Below are positions 19,237-28,862 of a stretch of DNA of 64,000 nt, piece by piece (within the stretch, counting starts at the first letter, position 1; each line of letters begins with the position of its first letter). The notes beneath the pieces were generated by a model. The model was not told where the DNA came from. It saw only the letters and a program-made list of their open reading frames with translations, and searched no databases. A program made the translations under genes and the position numbers. This stretch comes from Candidatus Bathyarchaeia archaeon (lineage in GTDB: Archaea > Thermoproteota > Bathyarchaeia > TCS64): positions 1 to 64,000 of the forward strand of contig JBEKDF010000005.1 in NCBI GenBank assembly GCA_050014495.1, given 5' to 3'.

Positions 19237-20178
19237 ATGAATTTAATGGGAATAAAAAGCATTAGTAAAGGTAATAGAATATTTCTAATTTCATTTGTAG
19301 CGACTTTCCTCATCTTATCCATAGTCGCTTTTGTGATAATCTACTTCCCACGCCTCCAAACTATTCAGCATCTACCTACCTCATACGACGTCAGTGCTCC
19401 CGACTGGATGAAGTTTGTAGTCCCGGGTCCCGATAAGGTGACTTTGATGAACTTCACGAATATCTACCGTGTTAATGGAACCTACAGTGTCTTCGCCTCG
19501 GACAAGTTACTCGTATTGTTAGGTTTCTCAACCCAGGTAACCGTCGAGAAATCCCCCTTCCTGGTTACAGCAGAGTATCCGAACCCGAACCCAAACTTGA
19601 ATGAAACGGCACTAAACATCCTGAAGCCAGACTCAGTAACATATTCTGCATTGCAGGGTGAACTAAATTCAAAGAGTTCAGCAAACTACACTTATGGAGA
19701 GAATACCCTCTACGAGGTAACTCGATCCACCTCGGACTCCCCGGCATATGTAATCGGTTATGTTTGCCTTCGAGGAGGCTACCTCTTATACTCCGACGGT
19801 TCGGAGGGAATGATCCTTATTAAAAGCGCGCTGGACAATGAGGTAGGAAATTCTAGGCTCATCGATGACCAAGTAGTCAAAGCAGGCCTCTATGTTCTCA
19901 CACAGGAGAAGGGCAACGAACTCGCTTACTCATACTCTAAGTTCTCCTACTCAGTCAGCGACGTCGTGTCAACGTCGACAACTGTGAGATATGATACCAG
20001 CTCAATTATTACTAGCAGTCTCTACGCCTTCAACACAACATCCACTGCCCAGCAAGATCTAGATAAGATCAAGCAAGCGAATTTGAAAGCGTCAAGTTTC
20101 CAGATCATCGACAACTATATCCTTGTTGTCACGAAGTATGACAAAGCCAACTTATTGGGAGAATTACGTTCCCTTTAG
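19237..20178 (+). CDS. Hypothetical N-terminally anchored extracellular protein
   Basis: Single N-terminal TM; S/T/N-rich with several N-x-S/T sequons. Confidence 0.75.
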   Translation: MNLMGIKSISKGNRIFLISFVATFLILSIVAFVIIYFPRLQTIQHLPTSYDVSAPDWMKFVVPGPDKVTLMNFTNIYRVNGTYSVFASDKLLVLLGFSTQVTVEKSPFLVTAEYPNPNPNLNETALNILKPDSVTYSALQGELNSKSSANYTYGENTLYEVTRSTSDSPAYVIGYVCLRGGYLLYSDGSEGMILIKSALDNEVGNSRLIDDQVVKAGLYVLTQEKGNELAYSYSKFSYSVSDVVSTSTTVRYDTSSIITSSLYAFNTTSTAQQDLDKIKQANLKASSFQIIDNYILVVTKYDKANLLGELRSL

Positions 20179-20240
20179 GCTACAATTTTATCTGCCTCTA
20201 AGAGATTTTATCAAGTGCATAACGTAAGTAGACTCGATAG

Positions 20241-20951
20241 TTGGGTGATTTGACAGAGGCTTTGTTCGACACTAATAAAGAAATGCGGGGGGATGTCGTC
20301 TCAAGACTTAAAGGAATTTTTCGTGATTTTCAAGCTCTATTTTTATTTTACCTAGTGCTTCTCAGCCTTTGTGTATTAGTATATGCAATTAATCTTCCTT
20401 ATCCCTGGCTTGATGATGTGTTATTAGCGTCTAGGTCAACGCCGTGGGGAATTTTCACCTCCCTATTCATACACAGCGATCTGGCTCATCTCGTCATGAA
20501 CATGGTTGGTCTACTCTCCTTCTTCCTTGTTTTCTCCTTCACCAACTACTACAATCCCTCAGAAGAGAACACTAGCCGGATCCACTTCTTCATAATCACA
20601 ATCATCATCGCGACAGTTCTATCGAATCTTCTTTGGATATTAATCGTGAATATAGGCACAATCGGTGCTTCAGGACTAATATATGCCTCGGAAGGAAGCG
20701 TGACAGGATTTTGCCTCGTCAACTTCTGGGAGATTTATAATGAGGTTAGAAATTCCAAGAAGGCCGAGACAGGGGTTCTTATGGTCAACCTCCTCGTTTT
20801 CCTATTAATTTGTATTTGGATGGTATTCTATACGAACTCATTCTTGAGTTACGGTCAAGATGTAAATGTCCTTATTCACGGGTCCTCGTTCGTCCTTGCC
20901 TTCATCTTGACCATCGAGCGGGGAAACATAAGAAATATATACAAAAAATAA
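20241..20951 (+). CDS. Rhomboid-family intramembrane serine protease
   Basis: PW.IFTSLFIH.D..HL.MN, GASG catalytic Ser, downstream N..IH. Confidence 0.85.
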   Translation: MGDLTEALFDTNKEMRGDVVSRLKGIFRDFQALFLFYLVLLSLCVLVYAINLPYPWLDDVLLASRSTPWGIFTSLFIHSDLAHLVMNMVGLLSFFLVFSFTNYYNPSEENTSRIHFFIITIIIATVLSNLLWILIVNIGTIGASGLIYASEGSVTGFCLVNFWEIYNEVRNSKKAETGVLMVNLLVFLLICIWMVFYTNSFLSYGQDVNVLIHGSSFVLAFILTIERGNIRNIYKK

Positions 20952-21010
20952 AAATACACCTCCTTTGCCATGGGCGCATTCTTTTCAGTAACCATTACAA
21001 TCCATATTTT

Positions 21011-22069
21011 ATGGCACACCCCTCTGATGGCTTAAAGCCCGACGAACTCGCCTACTATTCACGTCAACTCGTTCTAACTGAAATTGGGTCAATTGGGCAG
21101 AGGAAGCTCAAAGAGGCACGGGTCCTCATCGCAGGCATAGGTGGACTCGGATGCCAACTCTCCGTTCAACTCGCCTCAATGGGTGTAGGATATATCCGAC
21201 TCGTCGATAGGGACGTAGTGGAGCTAAGTAATCTTCAGCGTCAGCACCTCTACAGCTTCGATGTACTTGGCTATCCAAAGGTTGAGGCGGCCGAGATGAG
21301 GCTAAAGAAGGTGAATCCATTCATTGATATTGAGGCGATCCCTGCCTCAGTGAACAACAGGACCGCCTCGAGTCTTGTGATGGGGGTCGATCTAGTTGTA
21401 GACGGTCTTGACCGCCTAGCGCCGCGCCTAGCCCTAAACAGGGCATGTGTGGAACAAGGAATCCCATACATCTACGGCTCGGCTATAACACACATTGGAA
21501 ATGTATCGACGATAATCCCTCGTCAAACATCCTGCTTGGAGTGTTGGCTGGGGGGAATAGACGATGTAAACGTCCCGACATGCGCCACAGTAGGCGTCAC
21601 ACCCTCAGTAATAAGCGTCATCGCTAGCATACAAGTGTCCGAGGCCATTAGGATCATACTCGGGAAAAAGCCCAACCTCGCCGGAGAGCTCCTATTCTTC
21701 GACCTCGATGAGCTGAGTATAGAAAAGATCAAACTCGCGAAGGCGGAGACATGCAAAGTATGTGGTACACCAGCTGCCTCATCAGCCGGAGATGACCCCA
21801 TCGAAGAAATATGTGGCCGGGGTGGTAAGCGAGTCTTCATAGTGACCCCCGATAGGCTGAATAATCTGAATCTAACCGAGATTGAGACTAGGCTTGTTAA
21901 ACTGAAACTCGAGAAAAGCCTTACAACTCGCCTCGGATTGACATTCAGCGATAGAAAAGGACTCAATGGAAGCGTCTTCAAAACCGGAGTAGCTGTTTTC
22001 GAGAGCGCAGAGACAAAATTAGAAGCCAAGAAATTATACAGAAAACTGACCAGTATTGAGATCGAATAG
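21011..22069 (+). CDS. ThiF/MoeB/UbaA-family E1-like adenylyltransferase
   Basis: YSRQ, GIGGLG, DRDVVELSNLQRQ, CLEC, PTCATVGV, CKVC; ATG 21011 preferred to the track's upstream start. Confidence 0.9.
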   Translation: MAHPSDGLKPDELAYYSRQLVLTEIGSIGQRKLKEARVLIAGIGGLGCQLSVQLASMGVGYIRLVDRDVVELSNLQRQHLYSFDVLGYPKVEAAEMRLKKVNPFIDIEAIPASVNNRTASSLVMGVDLVVDGLDRLAPRLALNRACVEQGIPYIYGSAITHIGNVSTIIPRQTSCLECWLGGIDDVNVPTCATVGVTPSVISVIASIQVSEAIRIILGKKPNLAGELLFFDLDELSIEKIKLAKAETCKVCGTPAASSAGDDPIEEICGRGGKRVFIVTPDRLNNLNLTEIETRLVKLKLEKSLTTRLGLTFSDRKGLNGSVFKTGVAVFESAETKLEAKKLYRKLTSIEIE

Positions 22070-22100
22070 ATTTTAACCCCCAGATCCGAGCCCTAACGAG

Positions 22101-22586
22101 ATGTCTCTGAAGGAGGAACTCAAAGAGTTCTTCGGAAGCGCAAAAGGAAGGAGGGTTGTTCTAGTTGGTATTGGAAGTCCAATCAGGCACGATGATGTGG
22201 TTGGTCTTAGGATTCTTGAGTTATTAGAGGCGAAACTTCCACCAAGCATCCTACTTCTTCCGACGGAGACGGTGCCGGAGAGCTACACAGGTTCTATCAG
22301 GGAATTCGCACCAACCCACATACTACTTCTTGATGCAGCACACTTCGGAGGAGTCCCAGGGGAGGGGAGGATAATCCCAACTGAAATTATCACTAATGTC
22401 TCCATCTCCACACACAGCCTCCCCCTTCATATCCTCATAGACTACATCAAAAAATCCATCTGCCCTCATGTCATCCTCCTAGGCATACAGGGTGCGAACA
22501 TAGAACTTGGGGAGGGAATCACCTTGGAGGTTGAAGAGGGAGCCAAACTAATCTCGAAGATCCTCATCGATCTGCTTAATATTTGA
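22101..22586 (+). CDS. hycI: Hydrogenase maturation endopeptidase, HycI type
   Basis: GIGSPIRHDD.VG, TVPES, LDAA, STH.LP, LGIQ. Confidence 0.88.
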   Translation: MSLKEELKEFFGSAKGRRVVLVGIGSPIRHDDVVGLRILELLEAKLPPSILLLPTETVPESYTGSIREFAPTHILLLDAAHFGGVPGEGRIIPTEIITNVSISTHSLPLHILIDYIKKSICPHVILLGIQGANIELGEGITLEVEEGAKLISKILIDLLNI

Positions 22587-22664
22587 GTTCCATTTGGACC
22601 TTTTTTAGGTCCCTATTTCTGAATTATCTTTGCCTTAATATTTAATATGAAATTCACCAACCGT

Positions 22665-22676
22665 GAATGTTTATAT
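22665..22676 (+). promoter_or_regulatory. Putative BRE/TATA promoter of the hydrogenase operon
   Basis: GAATG-TTTATAT about 30 nt upstream of the first start codon; the 10-mer GAATGTTTAT also precedes the queT leader. Confidence 0.5.
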
Positions 22677-22705
22677 CTTTGAACCAAACGATGCTTTGAG
22701 GGAAC

Positions 22706-23044
22706 GTGTTGCTTGAAGGTCTAACCGGATTCACGTTAATTTTGGTTGTAGCCGTGGCCGTCGCCCTCATCCTCATGGCGATCGGCAACGACCTGGCTCC
22801 CAAAAGTCCGGACACACCCGGCAAACTGGCGCCCTATGCTTGCGGTGAGGATATTCCTCCCACTAGGGTTAGGGTGAACGTCGAGAACTTCTTCATATAC
22901 GCAGTATACTTCATGATATTCGACGTATTGGGCTTCGTCCTCGCGACGACGCTCGCCAGACCGGCTAATGTGATGCTGCCGCTAGCTTATGCCGCAGCCT
23001 CGCTTGTGTCCATCGTGATACTGTCTGCGAAGTGGAGGACGTAG
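22706..23044 (+). CDS. NuoA/FpoA-like membrane subunit
   Basis: K..PYACGE, YA.YF.IFD. Confidence 0.85.
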   Translation: MLLEGLTGFTLILVVAVAVALILMAIGNDLAPKSPDTPGKLAPYACGEDIPPTRVRVNVENFFIYAVYFMIFDVLGFVLATTLARPANVMLPLAYAAASLVSIVILSAKWRT

Positions 23045-23045
23045 A

Positions 23046-23465
23046 ATGGGTCTAGTTACATGGGCCAGAACTCGTTCTCCTTGGCTTATACACTTCAACG
23101 GCGCTGCGTGTAATGCCTGTGATATTGAGATCGTGGCTGTTCTAACGCCGCGTTTCGACGTCGAGCGTTTCGGAGCTCTCCTCAAAGGCACGCCAAGACA
23201 CGCTGACGTCCTAGTCGTCTCGGGCTCAATCTCTAGAAAGCTGAAGAGTAGACTCAAGAGAATTTACGAGCAGATGCCTGAACCTAAGTTCGTCGTAGCC
23301 GTAGGTAGCTGCGCCAACACAGGAGGCACATTCCAGGACTGCTACAACGTTATGGAAGGGGTCGACAAGGTCATCCCGGTCAACGCATATGTCGTGGGTT
23401 GCCCACCTAAGCCCGAGGCCATCCTCGACGGTGTTGTCAAGCTACTAAAAAGCGCGGGGTACTGA
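23046..23465 (+). CDS. Group 4 [NiFe]-hydrogenase small subunit (NuoB-like)
   Basis: CNACDIE, PRHAD, VGSCA..GG, GCPPKP. Confidence 0.92.
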   Translation: MGLVTWARTRSPWLIHFNGAACNACDIEIVAVLTPRFDVERFGALLKGTPRHADVLVVSGSISRKLKSRLKRIYEQMPEPKFVVAVGSCANTGGTFQDCYNVMEGVDKVIPVNAYVVGCPPKPEAILDGVVKLLKSAGY

Positions 23466-23466
23466 G

Positions 23467-23967
23467 GTGAATGAATTGAGTTACGCTGATGAGAATAAGA
23501 AGACCCTCGATAGGTTCGTCGAGGCCATCGGGAAGGAGAACATTATCGACTCCAAGGTCCCGAAGGATAGGCGGGTCTATGTCACCATAAAGACCGACAA
23601 ACTGAGGGACGCCGTCTCCTACATCAAGGAGAAGGAGGGGCTCTTTCACCTCGCCACTATCACCGGGATTGACCTCGGTGAGGAGAGAGAATTGAACTAC
23701 CACTTCAACCGCCCTAACCTTATCTTCACAATAAAAGTGAGGGTTCCCGGAGACAAACCAGTGGTCCCCTCCATCACGGACATAATAGGAGGGGCCATCC
23801 TCTACGAGCGGGAGATCAACGACTTAATCGGGGTCTTCCCAGAAGGGCACCCGAACCCAAAGAGGCTTCTAATGACCGAGGAGTGGCCCGAGGGAGTCTA
23901 CCCACTACTCAAGAAGTGGGATGTGAAGTCCCTGAGGAAGGCGATCGACGGGGAGGAATGGACATGA
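23467..23967 (+). CDS. NuoC-like subunit
   Basis: HLATITGID, PSITD....A.LYEREI.DL.G..PEGHP. Confidence 0.9.
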   Translation: MNELSYADENKKTLDRFVEAIGKENIIDSKVPKDRRVYVTIKTDKLRDAVSYIKEKEGLFHLATITGIDLGEERELNYHFNRPNLIFTIKVRVPGDKPVVPSITDIIGGAILYEREINDLIGVFPEGHPNPKRLLMTEEWPEGVYPLLKKWDVKSLRKAIDGEEWT

Positions 23968-25157
23968 GCAGCACAGAGTTCAGCATACCGATTGGACCAC
24001 AGCATCCAGCGCTAAAGGAACCAGCTAGTTTCCTCTTCAAGGTCGACGGCGAGGTCGTCGTCGACGTCGAGCCCCGCGTGGGGTACAACCATAGGGGTAT
24101 CGAGAAGGCGATGGAGGCAAGAACATACATCCAGAACCTTTACTTAACAGAGAGGGTCTGCGGCATCTGCAGCAACGCCCACCAGACACTCTACGCCATG
24201 AACGTGGAGGACGTCGCGGGAATTACGATCCCACCCAGGGCAAAGTACCTACGCACATTCATCCATGAGCTGGAGAGAATACACAGCCACCTCCTCTGGG
24301 TCGGCGTCGCCGCCCACGAAATCGGCTTCGACACCCTCTTCTACTATGTCTGGCGCGACCGCGAGATAGTCCTCGATATGCTCGAGGAGATAAGCGGGAA
24401 CAGGGTCAACTACGCCTGGAACGCGATAGGGGGCGTCCGAAGGGACATTTCCAGCGACAAGATACCGAAGTTCCAGAAGATGCTCGACATACTCGCGGAA
24501 CGTACTAAATATTACACCCAGGTCGCCACCACGGAATCAACCATCATCAACAGGGCGAACGGTGTTGGCTATTGCAGCAAGTCGGACATGATCCGCCTCT
24601 GCGGCTGTGGCCCTCACGCACGCGCCAGCGGCGTGAACAAGGACACACGACGCGACAACCCCTACCTCGCCTATGACGAGGTGCCATTCAACGTGGTTAC
24701 CGCAGAGAGTGGCGATGTCTTAGGTAACGTGGTCGTACGCGTCGGGGAGCTGGTTCAAAGCGTAGGGATCGCCAAGTACGTACTTGACCATCTACCAGAT
24801 GGTCCGATTAGGGAGAAGTTTAACCCTCTCCAAAAGATTCCGGAGGGCGAGGCCACGAACATGGTCGAGGCCCAGCGGGGTGAGGACATCCACTACCTCT
24901 GCAGCAAGGGTGACAACAAGCCCTACAGGTATAAGATCAGGGCACCGACACTAGCAAACATTCCCAGCTTGATTGTCAAGCTCAAGGGCGGATACATAGC
25001 TGATATCCCAATAGTCCTCGCTGGCATCGACCCGTGCTTCAGCTGCACAGACCGCATGGTCTTCGTCGACGAGACGAAAGAGAAGACCTGGGACATGACG
25101 ACAGAGGAGCTCAGGAGATACGGCATAAGGTGGTACTCTAATGGTCTCAATAAGTGA
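23958..25157 (+). CDS. Group 4 [NiFe]-hydrogenase large subunit (NuoD-like) with C-terminal extension
   Basis: GPQHP, HRGIEK, L1 motif ERVCGIC..AH, L2 motif DPCFSCTDR followed by 33 residues; start at ATG 23958 or 23964. Confidence 0.93.
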   Translation: MDMSSTEFSIPIGPQHPALKEPASFLFKVDGEVVVDVEPRVGYNHRGIEKAMEARTYIQNLYLTERVCGICSNAHQTLYAMNVEDVAGITIPPRAKYLRTFIHELERIHSHLLWVGVAAHEIGFDTLFYYVWRDREIVLDMLEEISGNRVNYAWNAIGGVRRDISSDKIPKFQKMLDILAERTKYYTQVATTESTIINRANGVGYCSKSDMIRLCGCGPHARASGVNKDTRRDNPYLAYDEVPFNVVTAESGDVLGNVVVRVGELVQSVGIAKYVLDHLPDGPIREKFNPLQKIPEGEATNMVEAQRGEDIHYLCSKGDNKPYRYKIRAPTLANIPSLIVKLKGGYIADIPIVLAGIDPCFSCTDRMVFVDETKEKTWDMTTEELRRYGIRWYSNGLNK

Positions 25158-26151
25158 CGTCATTAGCATAATCATATTCCCGGGGGCACTATTCATCATA
25201 GTATACGCCCTCTACTGTAACTGGTTAGTTAGAAAGACTGTGGCGCGCCTCCAGAATAGGAGAGGTCCAATGTATACCGGCTACGCTGGTCTACTCCAGC
25301 CCTTCGCTGACTTAGTGAAGCTCCTCGCGAAAGAGGATATTACGCCCGGCGCTGCGAACAAGCCCCTGTTCTCCGCTGCTCCCGTTGTCATCTTCGCTCT
25401 TGCACTCTCCGCTGTCTTCCTAATCCCCATCCAATCCATCACAAACCTGTGGGCCTACACCCCCATAGCGAGCTTTGAGGGGGACCTCATCATCGTCCTC
25501 CTTATCCTCAGTCTCATAGTCCTCAGCGTCTTCCTAGCTGGATGGAGCAGCGCGAATCTCTTTGGCGCAATTGGCGCCACAAGGGTCGCCCTGATGACCT
25601 TGGCCTATGAGATACCCCTTGTCCTACTGACCCTCGGCCCTGCGATAATGGCTAGAAGCCTCAGCATCAATACTATAGTCGCCTGGGAAGTCGGGAGTGT
25701 CCAGAGCTTCTTCACCGCTCCAACGATCTGGGGTCTACTACTCGGCGTCGTGATGTTCATCGGATTCGGCATCTGCGTCCTCTCACTGCTCGCGGAGCTT
25801 GAGATGCGGCCATTCGACATGGCGGAGGCCGAGACTGAGATCGTGCACGGCTGGCAGGTGGAGTTCAGTGGCAAGAAGCTGGCCCTACTCACATTAGGAA
25901 GAGACATCAAGGTCGTGCTCGCCTCAGCGCTACTGACCTCACTCTTTCTCGGGGGCCCAGCCGGCCCTATACTACCCCCAATTATTTGGTTCATACTCAA
26001 GACCACATTCTGTGTCCTCATCCTAAGTAACCTTAGCGCTTTGTTCGCAAGGTTCAGGATCGACCTAATGCTGAGGTGGGCTTGGCAGTACCTGGTACCC
26101 CTCGCCGTCCTTCAGGTGATGGCAATCGTGGCGCTTAGCGGAGTGATCTAA
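25141..26151 (+). CDS. NuoH/HycD-like membrane subunit
   Basis: RK..ARLQNRRGP, GLLQPFADLVKLLAKE, PFDMAEAETE, RFRID. Confidence 0.92.
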   Translation: MVSISDVISIIIFPGALFIIVYALYCNWLVRKTVARLQNRRGPMYTGYAGLLQPFADLVKLLAKEDITPGAANKPLFSAAPVVIFALALSAVFLIPIQSITNLWAYTPIASFEGDLIIVLLILSLIVLSVFLAGWSSANLFGAIGATRVALMTLAYEIPLVLLTLGPAIMARSLSINTIVAWEVGSVQSFFTAPTIWGLLLGVVMFIGFGICVLSLLAELEMRPFDMAEAETEIVHGWQVEFSGKKLALLTLGRDIKVVLASALLTSLFLGGPAGPILPPIIWFILKTTFCVLILSNLSALFARFRIDLMLRWAWQYLVPLAVLQVMAIVALSGVI

Positions 26152-26152
26152 T

Positions 26153-26551
26153 ATGGCGATGGAAAGAGAGCTTCTGAAGAACGCAGCAAGCAAACCGTGC
26201 ACCCTCCTCTACCCCTTCGAGAAGAGAGAGATGCCGAAGGGAAACCGAGGTAAGCACGAGTACGACGAGTTAAAGTGCACCGGGTGCGGGATGTGCAGCC
26301 GCGTGTGCCCAAGCTTCGCCATAGAGCTTAAGGGACTGGGCCCGAAGTGCGAGGGCCTGAGGATAAACTTAGGGGCTTGCCTCTTCTGCCAGCAGTGCGA
26401 GGAGAGCTGCCCCACCAACGCCATCCACCTCACCACCATCTACGAGCTAGCCGTGATAAACAAGGCAGATGAGATCCTGGACTTCAAGAGGACGCCGCGT
26501 CCACCAGCACAACCGGTAGCTAGACCAGCGGTCACAGTGGAGGTGAAGTAG
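26153..26551 (+). CDS. NuoI-like 2x[4Fe-4S] ferredoxin subunit
   Basis: T..YP, CTGCGMCSRVCP, CLFCQQCEESCP. Confidence 0.92.
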   Translation: MAMERELLKNAASKPCTLLYPFEKREMPKGNRGKHEYDELKCTGCGMCSRVCPSFAIELKGLGPKCEGLRINLGACLFCQQCEESCPTNAIHLTTIYELAVINKADEILDFKRTPRPPAQPVARPAVTVEVK

Positions 26552-26802
26552 TGATGGCGTCAGAACTCATCCAGTTCGGGATAGTCGCCATGATAATCGC
26601 CTTCGCAATTGGGGCGGCTGGTCTCAAGAATCTACTTTACGCAGCGCTAAGTCTAGGCGCTATGAGCATCAGCCTTGGAGCTCTCTATTGGGTCCTATAT
26701 GCACCCTATGTGGGCCTTTTCCAGATGCTCATCTATGGAGGCGCTGTAATTGTACTATTCGTTTCCGTGATAATGTTCGTAAGGAGTGAGGGCAATGAGT
26801 GA
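26551..26802 (+). CDS. NuoJ N-terminal-half-like subunit
   Basis: KNLLYAAL.L, L.AP.V.LFQ.LIYGGAV.VL. Confidence 0.8.
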   Translation: MMASELIQFGIVAMIIAFAIGAAGLKNLLYAALSLGAMSISLGALYWVLYAPYVGLFQMLIYGGAVIVLFVSVIMFVRSEGNE

Positions 26803-27067
26803 GAACGGCGGAGCAGTAAAGGTAGCTGGAGTCGCCGTAGCGGCCCTCCTCTTCCTATCCTTAATTTACGTTGTGTCAAGCACACCCTTCCCCCACGCAT
26901 CGTATCGTAGTGACGAGCTGAAACCTACCGAGCCCTCAGACGCACTTGGGTCGGAGATGAGCGGTTTCCTCTGGAACTTCAGGGGACTCGACTTGCTGAT
27001 GCAGACACTTATCCTTTTCGCCACAGCTATCAGCTGCCTGGCACTTCTCAGGGAGGAGAAACACTGA
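26795..27067 (+). CDS. NuoJ C-terminal-half/MnhB-like subunit
   Basis: FLWNFRGLDLL.Q..ILF. Confidence 0.75.
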   Translation: MSENGGAVKVAGVAVAALLFLSLIYVVSSTPFPHASYRSDELKPTEPSDALGSEMSGFLWNFRGLDLLMQTLILFATAISCLALLREEKH

Positions 27068-27381
27068 TGGCAAACGACGTTGTTTTCCTAGGCGCCATCT
27101 TCTCGATGGTATGCATTGGACTCTACTGCGTCACGCAGAAGAGCATGATCCGTATCCTACTCGGCGTCGAGATAATACTCAATGCCGGCAATTTCGCACT
27201 AGTCTATTTCGCATCCTACCGGGTCGCAGAGGGATTCGTCGACCCACTCGGCCAGAGCCTTGCCTTCATGTCAATAATCCTAGGCGGGAGCGTCATCGCT
27301 GTCGGTCTAGCACTAATTGTCAATGCCTACAAACAATTCAAGACCACTGAGGTCGACAAGATGAGGAGGCTGAGATGGTGA
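27067..27381 (+). CDS. NuoK/MnhC-like subunit
   Basis: IGLY, IRILLGVEI.LNA, DPL.Q.L. Confidence 0.85.
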   Translation: MANDVVFLGAIFSMVCIGLYCVTQKSMIRILLGVEIILNAGNFALVYFASYRVAEGFVDPLGQSLAFMSIILGGSVIAVGLALIVNAYKQFKTTEVDKMRRLRW

Positions 27382-28862
27382 TATTAGGAATAGAATTCCT
27401 CTTCATGTTTAGCCCCTTTGCAGTCGTACTATTCGGGCTGCTAGGCGAGAGACTACATGTAGTTAAACTTAGAGAGATCGTAGCCATCATATTAAGCGCT
27501 TTCACCCTTGCCAGCGTCTGGTTGCTATATAATATGCAACAAGCAAGCTCCAATCAGATACTGGTAATCACTCTCGGTGGAGCACCACCGCTAGGAGCAT
27601 GCTTCGAGATCGACATGCTCAGCATATACATGGCCTTCAGTGCGGCACTGCTCGGTCTCTTCGCAACCATCTACAGCTACAGTTACATGAAGCATGACAC
27701 TCGCCTCACCGAGTACTATACTCTGCTTTCAGCCCTCGTAATCGGAATTATCGGCGTATGCTTCGCAGGCGACTTCTTCACATTCTTCGTCTTCTGGGAG
27801 CTGATGGGCATCGCAAGCTACGTTCTCGTCGCCTTCAGGAAGGATAACTGGGGGCCAGTCGAGGCTGGCTTCAAGTACATGGTCATGGGTGCCGTAGGCT
27901 CCACGATGCTCTTGTTGGGCATTGCCCTCATCTATGGGATGGCGGGTACAGTGAACTTCGCCCAGATCAGCAACAGCCTTCACAGCGGTGGCGTTGGGCT
28001 CTGGATGATGGTCGCTATGTTAATCTTCATCGTCGGCTTTGGTGTAAAGTCAGCAATAGTGCCATTACACACTTGGCTTCCTGACGCACACCCCGAAGCA
28101 CCCAGTCCTATCAGCGCTATGCTGTCGGGTATACTAATCGAAACAGCCCTCTACGGACTCACAAGAATACTGTACATCGTCTTCCCAACGGCGGACTTCA
28201 GCTTAATGATAGCTGGTCTCGCCGTTATCACGATGAGCTTCGCCAACATAGTGGCTGTACTCCAGACGGATGTGAAGAGGATGCTAGCCTACAGTAGCAT
28301 CAGCCAGATGGGCTATATGCTAGTCGGTGTGGCGAGCGGAGGCATAATGGGGCTAACAGGCGTATTTCTACACGTCTTCAACCACAGCCTCATGAAGGGC
28401 CTAGCCTTCTTCTCCTCGGGCTCCATGATAGAGGAATCTGGTACACGAGACATCGACAAACTCAGAGGCATCGCCAAAGTGATGCCCATCACAAGCCTCA
28501 CTATGTTCATAGCCCTTCTAGGTCTGGGCGGTGTACCTGGAACAGCCGGGTTCATAAGCAAATTTCTCTTATTTGGCTCAGCTTTAGCCCCGGGATACTG
28601 GTGGCTGACGGTCATCGCTGTGCTCAACAGCGCTCTAAGTATGGTTTACTACCTGAGGGTTATGAAGAGTTTAGTTGGTCAGCCTAAAGAAGAGCTGAAG
28701 GCAACGAAGGAAGCTCCGCCACTGATGCTAGGCGTCACGGTCGCTATGGCCACGCTGATAATACTCTTCGGCATCTGGCCAGCTCCGATGATCGCCTACG
28801 CTACAGAAGCAGCTAAGGCTCTTCTCAACCTCCCCAACTACGTCAAGGTGATCCTGCCATGA
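27375..28862 (+). CDS. Antiporter-like subunit (MnhD/NuoN-like)
   Basis: FVFWELM..ASY.LV, EAGFKY, KSA.VPLHTWLPDAHPEAP, KRMLAYSSISQ.GY. Confidence 0.9.
   Translation: MVILGIEFLFMFSPFAVVLFGLLGERLHVVKLREIVAIILSAFTLASVWLLYNMQQASSNQILVITLGGAPPLGACFEIDMLSIYMAFSAALLGLFATIYSYSYMKHDTRLTEYYTLLSALVIGIIGVCFAGDFFTFFVFWELMGIASYVLVAFRKDNWGPVEAGFKYMVMGAVGSTMLLLGIALIYGMAGTVNFAQISNSLHSGGVGLWMMVAMLIFIVGFGVKSAIVPLHTWLPDAHPEAPSPISAMLSGILIETALYGLTRILYIVFPTADFSLMIAGLAVITMSFANIVAVLQTDVKRMLAYSSISQMGYMLVGVASGGIMGLTGVFLHVFNHSLMKGLAFFSSGSMIEESGTRDIDKLRGIAKVMPITSLTMFIALLGLGGVPGTAGFISKFLLFGSALAPGYWWLTVIAVLNSALSMVYYLRVMKSLVGQPKEELKATKEAPPLMLGVTVAMATLIILFGIWPAPMIAYATEAAKALLNLPNYVKVILP

Noticed and set aside
20810..21010. 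N-terminal extension of the ThiF/MoeB ORF
   Set aside because: Overlaps the rhomboid gene and shows no family similarity; ATG 21011 fits better.
23958..25157. Annotation as NADH dehydrogenase or Fpo subunit D
   Set aside because: Both CxxC Ni-binding motifs, a C-terminal tail and an adjacent hycI indicate a hydrogenase.
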